DNA from: an uncultured Acidobacteriota bacterium
Lineage (GTDB): Bacteria; Acidobacteriota; Thermoanaerobaculia; Multivoradales; UBA5704
Direction of reading: 5' to 3'
Assembly (NCBI GenBank): GCA_963700145.1
Contig: OY969474.1
Coordinates: 256,001-320,000 of the forward strand
DNA: 64,000 bases
Position numbers and translations under genes: made by a program. Below the pieces are notes generated by a model. The model saw nothing but the letters and a program-made list of their open reading frames with translations, searched no databases and was not told the origin of the DNA. Shown in pieces: positions 20,585 to 29,947 of the stretch; within the stretch, counting starts at the first letter, position 1; every line of letters starts with the position of its first letter.

Positions 20585-21069
20585 CCTCTGAGGGGGCCGC
20601 CGTCGGGCTCTCCCTCCGCCCGGTGCGCGACGACGACCGCGAGTTCCTCTACCGCGTCTACGCCGGCACGCGCAGCGAGGAGCTGGCGATGGCCACCGAC
20701 TGGTCGGCCGAGCAGAAGGAGCAGTTCCTCCGCCAGCAGTTCGCGGCCCAGGATGCCTACTACCGCGAGAACTACCCCGGCGCCGAGTGGTCGGTGGTGC
20801 TGCGGCACGGCGAGCCGGCCGGCCGGCTGTATGTCCACCGCCGGCCGGTGGAGATCCGCCTGATGGAGATCGCGCTCCTGCCCGAGCACCGCGGCGGCGG
20901 GCTCGGCACGGCGCTGCTCGAGGAGCTGATGGCCGAAGCGCGCGCTACGGCCAAGCCCCTGACCATCCACGTCGAGGTCTACAACCCCGCCCTCCGCCTC
21001 TACGAGCGGCTTGGTTTTCGCAAGAAGGAGGACAAGGGGGTCTATTGGCTGATGGAGTGGACGCCGTAG
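20581..21069 (+). CDS. GNAT family N-acetyltransferase
   Basis: FLRQQFAAQDAYY, IALLPEHRGGGLGT, NPALRLYERLGF. Confidence 0.9.
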   Translation: MTSEGAAVGLSLRPVRDDDREFLYRVYAGTRSEELAMATDWSAEQKEQFLRQQFAAQDAYYRENYPGAEWSVVLRHGEPAGRLYVHRRPVEIRLMEIALLPEHRGGGLGTALLEELMAEARATAKPLTIHVEVYNPALRLYERLGFRKKEDKGVYWLMEWTP

Positions 21070-21089
21070 GGACCCCGGTGGAGGACGCG

Positions 21090-21563
21090 ATGAGCGACGG
21101 GATCGTCCGGACCTGCCCATCCTGCGGCAAGGCCAACCGGGTGCGTTACGACCGTCTGGCGAGCGAGGCGCGATGCGGCGCCTGCAAGACGCCGCTGCCG
21201 CCGCCGTCCGAGCCGCTCGCCGTAGACCGCGCGGATGAGTTGCGCGAGGTGCTGCGGAAGAGCGCCCTGCCGGTGCTGGTGGACTTCTGGGCGCCGTGGT
21301 GCGGGCCGTGCAAGATGGTGGCCCCCGAGATCGCCTCGGTCGCGGCGCGCAACGCCGGCAGGCTCCTGGTCGTCAAGGTCAACACCGACGTCGATCCGGC
21401 GGTGGGCACGACCTACGGGATCCAGTCGATCCCGACGATGGCCGTCTATCTGGGCGGCGCCGAGGTGGCGCGCACCGCCGGCGCCCGGCCAGCGGCGGCG
21501 ATCGAGACTTTCGTGCGCGGCGCCGTGGCCGGCGCGGCCACGCAGCCGGCGCCGGTCGCATAG
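21090..21563 (+). CDS. trxC: Thioredoxin 2 (zinc-finger thioredoxin)
   Basis: CPSC...CGAC zinc motif plus WCGPC active site. Confidence 0.9.
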   Translation: MSDGIVRTCPSCGKANRVRYDRLASEARCGACKTPLPPPSEPLAVDRADELREVLRKSALPVLVDFWAPWCGPCKMVAPEIASVAARNAGRLLVVKVNTDVDPAVGTTYGIQSIPTMAVYLGGAEVARTAGARPAAAIETFVRGAVAGAATQPAPVA

Positions 21564-21570
21564 GGAGTCT

Positions 21571-21605
21571 CCCTCCCCGCGCAGCGGGGAGGGCCGGGGA
21601 GGGGT
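21571..21605. terminator. Hairpin between convergent genes
   Basis: ccctccccgc-gca-gcggggaggg inverted repeat. Confidence 0.5.
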
Positions 21606-21692
21606 ATCGAAGTCAATGCAGTAAGGTTGCCCCAGGGTCAACCCCGCGCACCACCTGCCCCGCTCGCTCCGTCTTAAGCTCTCCGGCTGTTC

Positions 21693-21983
21693 CTAATTGA
21701 ACACCGCCTCGTAGCGGTACCCCTCCGGATCCAGGCCGACCGGCACGAGGAAGATCTCGAGCTTCCCGAGCGCGGCGTGCTCGAGCGGCACGATCTGCTG
21801 TGGCACGTAGACCTCGCGCGGGCCGCGGAAGAAGAGGGAGAAAGGGCGGCGCCGGCCGGGCGCCTCGTCCTTGCCCGGCAGCACTTCCAGCAGCTCGAAG
21901 CGGATGGTCCGCTCGGGCAGGCGCACCTCGAAGTGGCTGCCGACGTGCGGCGCGAAGCTGTCGTGGGTGAGCGTGTCGAGCAC
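21693..21983 (-). CDS. DUF6916-like small protein
   Basis: F.PHVG..F...PFSLFFRGP...PQ....LEH..LG.LEIFLVPVG...YEAVFN; GTG start with gaggag RBS. Confidence 0.8.
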   Translation of the reverse strand: MLDTLTHDSFAPHVGSHFEVRLPERTIRFELLEVLPGKDEAPGRRRPFSLFFRGPREVYVPQQIVPLEHAALGKLEIFLVPVGLDPEGYRYEAVFN

Positions 21984-21985
21984 TC

Positions 21986-23398
21986 TCAGCTCTCCTCGGG
22001 TCCGGCGGCCACGGTGCGTTTGCGGAACCACCAGTATACCGGCAGCCCGAGCGCCAGGAGCCCGAGCCCCCAGAGCGACTCGACCGGCCGCTCGCCGAGG
22101 GTGTTCCAGACCAGCAGCACGCAAGCCAGGATGAAGAGCGCCGGCACCACCGGGTAGCCCCAGGTCTTGTAAGGGCGGGGCAGGTCGGGCCGCTTGCGGC
22201 GGAGGACGAAGACCGCCGTCCCGATCGCGGCGTGAAAGACGACGCTGACGAAGACGACGTAGGTATAGAGTTGCTCGTAGGTGCCGGAGACGGTGAGCAC
22301 GATCGCCCAGCCGCTCTGCGCCCAGAGCGAGCGCACCGGCGTGCGGTAGCGCGGGTGGACGGCGGCGAGGGCGGGGAAGAAGAGGCCGTCCTGGGCCATC
22401 GGCTGGTAGATGCGCGAGCTGTAGAGGATGGTCGAGGAGAGGCAGCCGAAGGTCGAGACCAGGACGGCGGCGGCGAGGAGCCGCGCCCCCGTCGGCCCGA
22501 AGAGCGCCGCGGCCGCCGCCTCGCCGACGCGCGCCGCGCCGGCCAGCTCGGGGAGCGGCAGCGCCCGCACGTAGACCAAGTTGAGGAGCAGGTAGAGGAG
22601 GGTGATGACGAGCGTCCCGCCGATCAGCCCGCGCGGCAGGGCCCGCGCCGGGTCGCGCACCTCGCCGGCCGAGCAGGTGAGGCCGTACCAGCCGTCGTAG
22701 GTCCAGAGGGCGGCGATCATCGCCACGCCGAAGGCGGCGAGGAGCCCACCGGCGGCGCCGGCGAGCGGTGCGAAGAGCTGCGGCTGCGCGGGCGCGGGAG
22801 CGAAGAGACCGAGCCCGGCGAAGACCACGATCGAGCCGACCTTGAGCAGCGTCAGGGCGTTCTGCAGCGCCGCCCCTTCCTTGAGACCCAGGTGATTGAC
22901 GGCGGTGAGAAGGACGATCGCCGCCACCGCCGCCACCTGGCCGCCGGAGAGGGTCCAGGTCCAGCCGCCGAGCGGCACGTCGAGCAGCACGTGCCGGGTC
23001 GAGAACCAGGGCAGGAAGCTGCCCAGGTACTCGCCGAAGGCGACGGCCAGCGCGGCGATCCCGCCCGACATGATGACCAGGAAGGCGGCCCAGCCGTAGA
23101 GGAAGCCCGGCAGGCGGCCGTAGGCCTCCTTGACGTAGTGGTAGAGCCCGCCGGCGCGCGGGAAGAGGACGCCCAGCTCGGCGTAGGTGAGGGCGCCAGC
23201 CAGCGTGAGGAGCCCGCCCGCCAGCCAGACCAGCAGCACCAGCCCGGCATGCGGCAGGACGCGCGCCATGTCGGAGGTGGTGAGGAAGATGCCGGTGCCG
23301 ATCGTGCTGCCGATCGTCAGCAGCGCCCCGTCCCAAGCGGTCAGGCCGCGGACGAGAGTAGGGCCGGGCGTGGGAGGCGACGCGGTCTCGGCGGCCAA
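21986..23398 (-). CDS. APC family amino-acid permease
   Basis: IGSTIGTGIF, YAELGVLFPRAGG, YDGWY...GEVRDP, RPYKTWGYP; about 12 TM segments. Confidence 0.93.
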   Translation of the reverse strand: MAAETASPPTPGPTLVRGLTAWDGALLTIGSTIGTGIFLTTSDMARVLPHAGLVLLVWLAGGLLTLAGALTYAELGVLFPRAGGLYHYVKEAYGRLPGFLYGWAAFLVIMSGGIAALAVAFGEYLGSFLPWFSTRHVLLDVPLGGWTWTLSGGQVAAVAAIVLLTAVNHLGLKEGAALQNALTLLKVGSIVVFAGLGLFAPAPAQPQLFAPLAGAAGGLLAAFGVAMIAALWTYDGWYGLTCSAGEVRDPARALPRGLIGGTLVITLLYLLLNLVYVRALPLPELAGAARVGEAAAAALFGPTGARLLAAAVLVSTFGCLSSTILYSSRIYQPMAQDGLFFPALAAVHPRYRTPVRSLWAQSGWAIVLTVSGTYEQLYTYVVFVSVVFHAAIGTAVFVLRRKRPDLPRPYKTWGYPVVPALFILACVLLVWNTLGERPVESLWGLGLLALGLPVYWWFRKRTVAAGPEES

Positions 23399-23410
23399 AG
23401 CGGATGGATT

Positions 23411-25096
23411 CTAGTCGGTGAAGCGGAAACCGTCCGCGAGGCCGGGGCCGCGCGGCGTGAGCCGCGCGTCGGGGGTCGGCGTGCAGGGGAAGGGCGCGTG
23501 CCAGCACTGGTCGTTTTTCACCGGCACATGAAGGGGAAGGCCGCCGAGCGTGACGCGGCGGGTGGACGGGCGCGGGTAGTCGGCCGGGATCAGCGCGTGG
23601 CGGGCCGCGGCGGGGAATGCGTCCGGCTCCCAGCCGCGGACCTGCCAGGCCTCCCAGGCGAGGGCGGCAAGGAGGAGGGCGGCGAGGGCCGCCACCGGGA
23701 GGCGGCGGGCAGCGGCGGCGAGGAGCGGGAGAGCGAGGAGAAGGGCGAGGAGCACCACGAAGCCCCAGCCGAAGCGCGGCGCGGGAGCGGTGAAGAACCA
23801 GAAGAGCGCGCCGGCCCAGACGGTGGCGTGGAGGGCGAGGCGCTCGAAGCTCGGGCGGCGGGGCCGGCGGATCAGCAGGAGCGCCAGGTGGAACGGGGCG
23901 AGGAGGACGATGGCGAGGACCACGCCCGAGAACGGCCAGCGCAACGACTCCCACCAGCGCGGCAGCCATTCAGTCAACGGCATCGCCAGCGCCTCTTGCT
24001 GGGGCCGGTGGGGGAGGAGCGCCCAACTCCGGATCCAGTCCACATATGCCTCCACTTGCGGGCGCGGTACCTCCCAGTCGAAATCGAAGGGGTCGAGCTG
24101 GGCGAGGGGGAAAACCGGGTAGCCGGAGGCGACCAGGCTCTGCGCGACGGCCGGGACGAGCAGCAGGGCGAGCGCCGCGGCGAGCGCGCCCGCCCGCCGC
24201 GGCTTGCCCGCCGCGAGCCGGTGAACAGCGAGAAGGAATGGAAGCAGGAGGAGCGGCAGGGTCGAGAGCTTGGCCGCCACGGCGAAGCCGGTGAGGAGAG
24301 CGAGCGCAACGGCCCGGGCGTCGTCGGCACCCGCCGATTCTCCTTCGGCGCTTTCGGCGAGCTCGAGCGCGAGGACCCCCACGACCCAGACCAGCATCGC
24401 CGCGGCGACGTCGGGCGTCGGCGACGAGAGCCATTTGCCGAAGAAGCGGAGTCCCGCGAGCGGCAGGAGGAGGCGCAGCACGAGGCTCGCCCGCCGCTCC
24501 CCGCGGCGCCAGGCGGCGAGCCCGGTGACTGCCCAGAGGACGATGAGGAGCAGGACCGTGCCGTTGAGCACGTGCAGCGAGCGTCCGCCGAGCCAGACGA
24601 AGGAGAAGAGCGCCGACGGCACGAGCCACCCGGCCGAGAGGGCGAGCCGACCGTGCAGGTTGCCGAGCCCAGGCACGAAGCCGTAGCCCTCCAGCCAGCG
24701 GATGAGCGGGGCGTGGTAGGTGCCGGCGTCGTAGCTCTCGACCGGGGCGGCGGTGCGGGCGAGGACGAAGAGAATGCCCGCGGCGAGGAGGCACCAGCCG
24801 AGCGGGCCGACGTCGCGCACCTCGGCCGCCTTGCGCCGCAGCGCCTTCGGCAGCCACCGCGGCCGCAGCACGACGATCAGGAGGGCGCCGGCGAGGAAGA
24901 CGCAGAACGAGATCGCGCCGAGGCCGCCGCAGAGCGCCCAGGTCCCGGCGAGCGCCCCTAGGACCGCGAGCCCGGTCAAGGCGACGATCGGGAAGGACAG
25001 GCGGTCAGGCCCGCGCACGAGCAGGCCGAGCGCCGCGCGCCCGTAGAGGAAGCTCACGACCGCGACGAGGAGCGAAACGACCAGCGCGGCGAGCAT
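23411..25096 (-). CDS. Polytopic membrane protein (LIC_10190-like, possibly GT-C fold)
   Basis: YDAGTYH...PGLGNLHGRL, SPTPD, KLS, SGYPVFP, APAPRFG, C-terminal CW..PFPC. Confidence 0.7.
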   Translation of the reverse strand: MLAALVVSLLVAVVSFLYGRAALGLLVRGPDRLSFPIVALTGLAVLGALAGTWALCGGLGAISFCVFLAGALLIVVLRPRWLPKALRRKAAEVRDVGPLGWCLLAAGILFVLARTAAPVESYDAGTYHAPLIRWLEGYGFVPGLGNLHGRLALSAGWLVPSALFSFVWLGGRSLHVLNGTVLLLIVLWAVTGLAAWRRGERRASLVLRLLLPLAGLRFFGKWLSSPTPDVAAAMLVWVVGVLALELAESAEGESAGADDARAVALALLTGFAVAAKLSTLPLLLLPFLLAVHRLAAGKPRRAGALAAALALLLVPAVAQSLVASGYPVFPLAQLDPFDFDWEVPRPQVEAYVDWIRSWALLPHRPQQEALAMPLTEWLPRWWESLRWPFSGVVLAIVLLAPFHLALLLIRRPRRPSFERLALHATVWAGALFWFFTAPAPRFGWGFVVLLALLLALPLLAAAARRLPVAALAALLLAALAWEAWQVRGWEPDAFPAAARHALIPADYPRPSTRRVTLGGLPLHVPVKNDQCWHAPFPCTPTPDARLTPRGPGLADGFRFTD

Positions 25097-25131
25097 CGGC
25101 TACGCGGCTTGCGGCGCGCGCCGGCGCGGGG

Positions 25132-25377
25132 TCAGGGGACCAGCCGGGTGCCGGCGGCGTCCAGCACCACGAGAGCGTCCACCGGGCAGACGCCGCAGGC
25201 CTCGAGCAGCCGCTCGCGCTCGATGTCCGGCGCCTCCGGCCGGAAGGTGACGATCCCCTCGGGGTCGAGCACGAAGACGTCGCCGGCGAGCTTGGTGCAG
25301 TTGGCGCTGCCGATGCAGACCTCGCGCTCGATCCGCACCGTCAGGCCGGAGATCTGTCGCTCCTGGATCTCGCCCAT
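25132..25377 (-). CDS. Ferredoxin
   Basis: CIGSANC ... CPVDAL cluster motif. Confidence 0.85.
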   Translation of the reverse strand: MGEIQERQISGLTVRIEREVCIGSANCTKLAGDVFVLDPEGIVTFRPEAPDIERERLLEACGVCPVDALVVLDAAGTRLVP

Positions 25378-25391
25378 CCGCGCTCTCCTTC

Positions 25392-26195
25392 CTACTCCAG
25401 CACCATGCCTTCGACGCCCGGCGGACCCGGCGGATAGGTCATGCCGAGACCTTCCAGCGCCTCGACCAGGACCGTCGCGACCACCAGGTTGCGGTACCAC
25501 TTCTTGTTGGCCGGTACCACGTACCAGGGCGCGAAGTCGGTCGACGTGCGCGACAGGGCGTCCTCGTAGGCTTCCGTGTAGCTCCCCCAGAGCTTGCGCG
25601 TCTCGAGGTCGCCGGGGTTGAACTTCCAGCGCTTCGTCGGGTCGTCGATGCGCGCCTGGAAGCGCTCGCGCTGCTCGTCGGCGTCGATGTGGAGGAAGAA
25701 CTTGAGGATCGTGGTGCCCGTGTCGGCGAGCAGCTTCTCGAAGTTCACGATCTGCTCGTAGCGGGGCTCCCAGACCGCGCTCGGCACCAGCTCCAGCACC
25801 CGCACCACCAGCACGTCCTCGTAGTGGCTGCGGTTGAAGATGACCAGCTCGCCGCTTCCGGGCACTTTCGGGTGGACGCGCCAGAGGAAGTCGTGCGCCA
25901 GCTCCTCCGGCGTCGGCTTCTTGAAGGCGGCGACCTTGACGCCGGCGGGGTTCACCCCCTCGAAGACGTGGCGGAGGGTGCCGTCCTTGCCGCTCGCGTC
26001 CATCCCTTGGAGGACGACCAGCACCTTGTGCCGCTGCTCCGCCCAGAGCAGCTCCTGGAGGGCCTCGAGGCGCTCGCTGAGCCGCGCCAGCTCCGCCGCG
26101 GCGCGCTTCTTGCCGCCGCGGAAGCCGGCGGTCGAGCCGGCGTCGCGCCGCGCCAGCTCGACGCGGCTGCCCGGCTTCACCCGGTGGCGTTGCAT
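25392..26195 (-). CDS. ppk2: Polyphosphate kinase 2 family protein
   Basis: QGMDASGKDG, HDFLWR, FNRSHYEDVL, KWYRN. Confidence 0.93.
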   Translation of the reverse strand: MQRHRVKPGSRVELARRDAGSTAGFRGGKKRAAAELARLSERLEALQELLWAEQRHKVLVVLQGMDASGKDGTLRHVFEGVNPAGVKVAAFKKPTPEELAHDFLWRVHPKVPGSGELVIFNRSHYEDVLVVRVLELVPSAVWEPRYEQIVNFEKLLADTGTTILKFFLHIDADEQRERFQARIDDPTKRWKFNPGDLETRKLWGSYTEAYEDALSRTSTDFAPWYVVPANKKWYRNLVVATVLVEALEGLGMTYPPGPPGVEGMVLE

Positions 26196-26229
26196 GGTCC
26201 CCTCACGCGAGGGGGCAAGCTACCACAGG

Positions 26230-27336
26230 CTACTCGGCGAGCAGCTCGCTCAGGAAGTCCAACGCCCGCGGGTCCTTCGACTGGCCGAGCCAGAAGAGGG
26301 CCTTCTTGCGCACCTCGGAGTCGCGGCTCTCGCGCACCAGGCGGACGAGGTGCTCGATGCCGTCGTCCGGGAGCTGCGAAAGGGCGAAGACCGCCTGCTC
26401 GCGCACCTCGGGGTCGGGGTCGCGCGACACCGCCTCGAGGATCGCGTCGGGCCGCTTCACCCGCCCCTGCGAGAGCCAGAAGAGGGCCTGCCCCCGCACC
26501 TCCGGGCTGCGGTCGCCGCGCGCCACCTCGACGATCGTCTCCGCCGCCTCCGGCACCTCGCTCTGCGACAGGGAGAAGACCGCCTTCTCGCGGATCTCCT
26601 CGTCGGGATCCTGGCGCACGACGCGGGAGAGAACCTCGTAGCCGCGGCGGCCACGCATCTGGCCGAGCCAGAAGAGGGCGGTCTCGCGGACGTCCGATGG
26701 GTTGTCTTCCTCCGCCAGGTCGGCGAGCGCCGCGTCGGCCTCCGGCAGGCCGTGGAACGCGATCGCCATGACCGCCTCCTCGGCAGGGTCCTCGCCCTTG
26801 CGGCGGCCGTCGCCCCCGGCGGCGAGCGCCGTCAGCGCGCGAAGGCTGTCCGCGGCGTCCACGTCCTCCAGCCAGACCAGACGGCGGCCGCTCAGGTCGA
26901 GCTGGCACTCCTGCGAGACCGCCCGCACCTTGCCGATCTCCCCAGCCGCCAGCCGGAAAAGGACCATCACGTTGGGACCGGCGTCGCGGTCGGCGTCGCG
27001 GTCGGAGCTGCCCCAGCTCTGGTTCTTCGCTTCGAGCCGGCACGGCCCCGGCTTCCAGTCGGACGTCCAGCAGCAGGTGTAGGGGTGGTTGGCCACGATC
27101 GGCACGTGGTAGCCGACCCAGAAGGGGTCGCGGTCCGCTGCCGCGAGGCGCTCCAGGGTGGCGGCGACGCCCCCCCGCGCCGCCGCACGCTCGAAGCGGA
27201 CGTTGAGCATCTGCGGCGGCGGCTCCACGGCGGCGGTGGCGGTGGCGGCCGCGGCGGGCGCCCCCTGCGGCGCCGCGGCGGCGTCGCAGGAGATGAGCAG
27301 GGCGGCGGCGAGGAGCTGGAGGGCGGCGCGGGTCAT
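26230..27336 (-). CDS. HEAT-repeat (lipo)protein
   Basis: Lipoprotein-like signal LLISC; repeated VR..ALFWLGQ/AVFSLSQ. Confidence 0.8.
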   Translation of the reverse strand: MTRAALQLLAAALLISCDAAAAPQGAPAAAATATAAVEPPPQMLNVRFERAAARGGVAATLERLAAADRDPFWVGYHVPIVANHPYTCCWTSDWKPGPCRLEAKNQSWGSSDRDADRDAGPNVMVLFRLAAGEIGKVRAVSQECQLDLSGRRLVWLEDVDAADSLRALTALAAGGDGRRKGEDPAEEAVMAIAFHGLPEADAALADLAEEDNPSDVRETALFWLGQMRGRRGYEVLSRVVRQDPDEEIREKAVFSLSQSEVPEAAETIVEVARGDRSPEVRGQALFWLSQGRVKRPDAILEAVSRDPDPEVREQAVFALSQLPDDGIEHLVRLVRESRDSEVRKKALFWLGQSKDPRALDFLSELLAE

Positions 27337-27347
27337 GGCGTTCTCCG

Positions 27348-28424
27348 TCAATCGTTGAGGACCGACTCGATGAAGCGGTCGGCCTCGGGGTCGTCGATGA
27401 GGGTCAGCTTCTGGACCGCCTCGCGCTTCAAGGCCGGGTCCTTCTCGGTGCGGAAGATTTCGATCAGCGCGCGGGCGTTGTTCTGGACGAAGAGCGCCTG
27501 GATTACGGCGCTGCGCGTCTCGCGGTCGGGGAAGGCGGCGTAGATCGCCTTGAGCGACTCGCCGCTCCCCTTGCCGCCGGTGACCCCCAGCGTGTGGATC
27601 GCCTTGCGGCGCAGGCGGGGATCGCTCTCCGCGCGCGCCACCGCGGCAAGCCCCTCGGCGTCGCCGGCGACGAGCATGGCCTGGATCACCCTCTCTTTGA
27701 TCGCGGGTCCGCCGCTGCGGTAGAGCTCGCGCAGCGCGGCGCGGTCGCCGCTGACGCCCAGGTACTCGATCGCCTTGCGCTGCAGCTCGACGTTGGAGCC
27801 GCCGCGGGCGATCTCGAGCAGCGTCTTGCGCGCCTCGGGGCTGTCGGCCTGGGAGAGGACGAAGAGCGCTTTCTCCTTGAGCCGCACGGAGTGGTTGCCG
27901 CGCAGGAACTTCTGCAGCAGCGGCACGGCGCGCTCGGGCTCGGCGCCCATCAGGCCGTTGATGGCGAAGAGCTTGAGCTCTTCGTCGTCGACCTGCTCGG
28001 GGTTGGTGGTGCCGCCGGCGGCGTTGATCTCGACCTCCAGCGTCTTGGCGTCGTCCACCCAGTTGCTCTTCGGGAAGGACTCCCGCAGCCGCTTCAGGAC
28101 GGCGAGCGCGTCGGCCTTCCGCCCCGCCTTGTGCAGCGCGTAGGCCCGCCAGTAGAGGGCGTCGTCCGCCTGCGGGCCGCCGGCCTGCGCGGCGCGGCCG
28201 AAGAGCTCGGCGGCGCGCTCCCACTGCCGCTCGTCGAGGGCATCCTGGGCCTCGTCGTAGAGCTCTTCCCGCTCGTCGGCCTCGTCCTCGTCGTCCTCGT
28301 CGTACGCGGCGAAGTGGAGGCCCGCCGGCAGGGTCATGGCGGCCGCCGGGCCGGTCAGGGAGCTCGCCGCCAAGAGCGCGGCGAGGGTGAAAGCGAAGGT
28401 GCTGCGTCGTGCCATCGTCTGCAT
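27348..28424 (-). CDS. Secreted TPR/HEAT-repeat protein
   Basis: Signal peptide, DDALYWRAYAL TPR-like segment, KEKALFVLSQ HEAT repeats. Confidence 0.8.
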   Translation of the reverse strand: MQTMARRSTFAFTLAALLAASSLTGPAAAMTLPAGLHFAAYDEDDEDEADEREELYDEAQDALDERQWERAAELFGRAAQAGGPQADDALYWRAYALHKAGRKADALAVLKRLRESFPKSNWVDDAKTLEVEINAAGGTTNPEQVDDEELKLFAINGLMGAEPERAVPLLQKFLRGNHSVRLKEKALFVLSQADSPEARKTLLEIARGGSNVELQRKAIEYLGVSGDRAALRELYRSGGPAIKERVIQAMLVAGDAEGLAAVARAESDPRLRRKAIHTLGVTGGKGSGESLKAIYAAFPDRETRSAVIQALFVQNNARALIEIFRTEKDPALKREAVQKLTLIDDPEADRFIESVLND

Positions 28425-28427
28425 CTC

Positions 28428-29246
28428 CTAAAGGGTGCTGGCGCCGGGCTCGGCGTCCTGGAGCAGGCGCTCCAGCCGCTCGGCCACGATGCGGGTCTTG
28501 AAGAGGAGGGCGCGTGCCTCGATGCGCGCGCGCAGGGTGTCGAGCTCCGCGGCCGGGAGCTCCTCGGGGGCATGGGCCAGCTCGAGCAGCAGGGGCTCCA
28601 GCTCGTCGAGCAGGGCGGCGAGGCGCGGCCGGCCGCCCTGCTCGGCGGACTGCCGGTAGAGGCGGTTGGCGCCGAGCAGCTCCTCGGCCCAGCGGCGCTC
28701 GGCCGCCAGCTCCACCCGGCCGCCGCGGCGCTCCGGCTCGACGTTGTTGAGCTCGACCAGCAGCCGCTCGGAGCTTTCGAGGTGCCCCGCCACCGAGGCG
28801 AGGAGGATCTGGTCCCGGCCGCCGGGGGAGAGGGTGCGGGCGAGCCGCGGCGATCCATCCCGGCCGCCGGCGGGAGCGTCCGGCGGCCAGACGCGGCCGG
28901 CGACGAAGCCGACGACGAGGAGCAGCGCCGCCGCGGCGGCGAGCGGCAGCAGGCGCCGGCCGTCGCCGGGCGCGAGCACCAAGAGCGAACGCAGCCGTTC
29001 GCCCCAGCCCGGCCGACGTTCCGGCAGGCGCGGCGCGACCCGCCGCCAGACCCGGGCGCCGTAGTCCGCCGGGCGGGGCGGCACCGGCAGGGCCTCGCCC
29101 ACCGTGTTCAGCACCCGCCGGAGCTCGGCGTAGCGCGCCGCCGCCTCGGGGGAGGCGGCGAGCAGGGCTGCGATCTCGGCGGCCCGCTCGGACTCGCCGT
29201 AGTAGAAGAGGACCAGGTCGTCGTCGCTGGGGAGTCTCGTCGTCAT
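28428..29246 (-). CDS. Putative anti-sigma factor
   Basis: Overlaps the sigma stop; LVLFYYGE N-terminus, single TM, periplasmic domain. Confidence 0.7.
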   Translation of the reverse strand: MTTRLPSDDDLVLFYYGESERAAEIAALLAASPEAAARYAELRRVLNTVGEALPVPPRPADYGARVWRRVAPRLPERRPGWGERLRSLLVLAPGDGRRLLPLAAAAALLLVVGFVAGRVWPPDAPAGGRDGSPRLARTLSPGGRDQILLASVAGHLESSERLLVELNNVEPERRGGRVELAAERRWAEELLGANRLYRQSAEQGGRPRLAALLDELEPLLLELAHAPEELPAAELDTLRARIEARALLFKTRIVAERLERLLQDAEPGASTL

Positions 29247-29830
29247 GCGCGCTCCGGTACCGCCCTGCCGGCCAGTGGGGCGAGGGCGCCGCGCAGCTTG
29301 CGCACGGCGCGGAAGATGGCGTGCTTGCCGGCGCTCTCGCCGAGCCCGAGGTGGGCGCAGATCTCGGCGATCGAGCGCCCCTCGAAGTGGCGCAGGACGA
29401 AGGCGGCGCGCTCGAGCGGCGTCAGCTCACCCATCGCCGCCCGCACCGCCTGCTCGACCTCCTGGCTGAGCGCCAAGCGCTCCGGGCCGGGGGCGGCGGA
29501 GGGGAGGGATCCCATGAAGTCCGGCTCCCCGGGCTCGGGGACCGGCTGGTGGTGGCGGTGGCGCTTCTGCTTTCTCGTCATCTCGATCGTCGTGTTCACC
29601 GCGATGCGGTAGAGCCAGGTGCCGAACTGCGCCCGGGCGTCGAAGCGGTGGAGCCAGCGGTAGGCGCGCAGGAAGGTCTCCTGGACGGCGTCCTCGGCCG
29701 TCCCCTCCTCGCCGGTGATGCGGTAGGCCAGCCGGAAGATCTTGTCGCTGTAACGCTCGACCAGCTCGCGGAAGGCATCGGCGTCCCCCTTCCTGGCGCG
29801 GTCCACGACCGCCGGTTCGTGCCCCTCCAT
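29243..29830 (-). CDS. ECF RNA polymerase sigma factor
   Basis: AEDAVQETFLRAY, FGTWLYRIAVN, region 4 LTPLERAAFVLRHFEG. Confidence 0.92.
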   Translation of the reverse strand: MEGHEPAVVDRARKGDADAFRELVERYSDKIFRLAYRITGEEGTAEDAVQETFLRAYRWLHRFDARAQFGTWLYRIAVNTTIEMTRKQKRHRHHQPVPEPGEPDFMGSLPSAAPGPERLALSQEVEQAVRAAMGELTPLERAAFVLRHFEGRSIAEICAHLGLGESAGKHAIFRAVRKLRGALAPLAGRAVPERA

Positions 29831-29838
29831 GCGCCTCC

Positions 29839-29867
29839 TTAGACGTGGCCGCGCGCGGCCGGTTGGC
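29839..29867 (-). promoter_or_regulatory. Putative ECF promoter for the leftward sigma operon
   Basis: Minus strand gccAACc-N15-CGTCtaa, matching the generic ECF AAC...CGT pattern, just before the ATG. Confidence 0.5.
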
Positions 29868-29889
29868 TCCCCGCTCCCCGCCGCGCGAC

Positions 29890-29920
29890 TGTAACCTTGA
29901 CCGGGATGCCCGGTATCCAT
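29890..29920 (+). promoter_or_regulatory. Putative ECF promoter for the rightward sigma operon
   Basis: TGTAACC followed at ECF-like spacing by GTATC. Confidence 0.45.
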
Positions 29921-29947
29921 CCACAGACAGGGCGCAGCGGGGGACGC

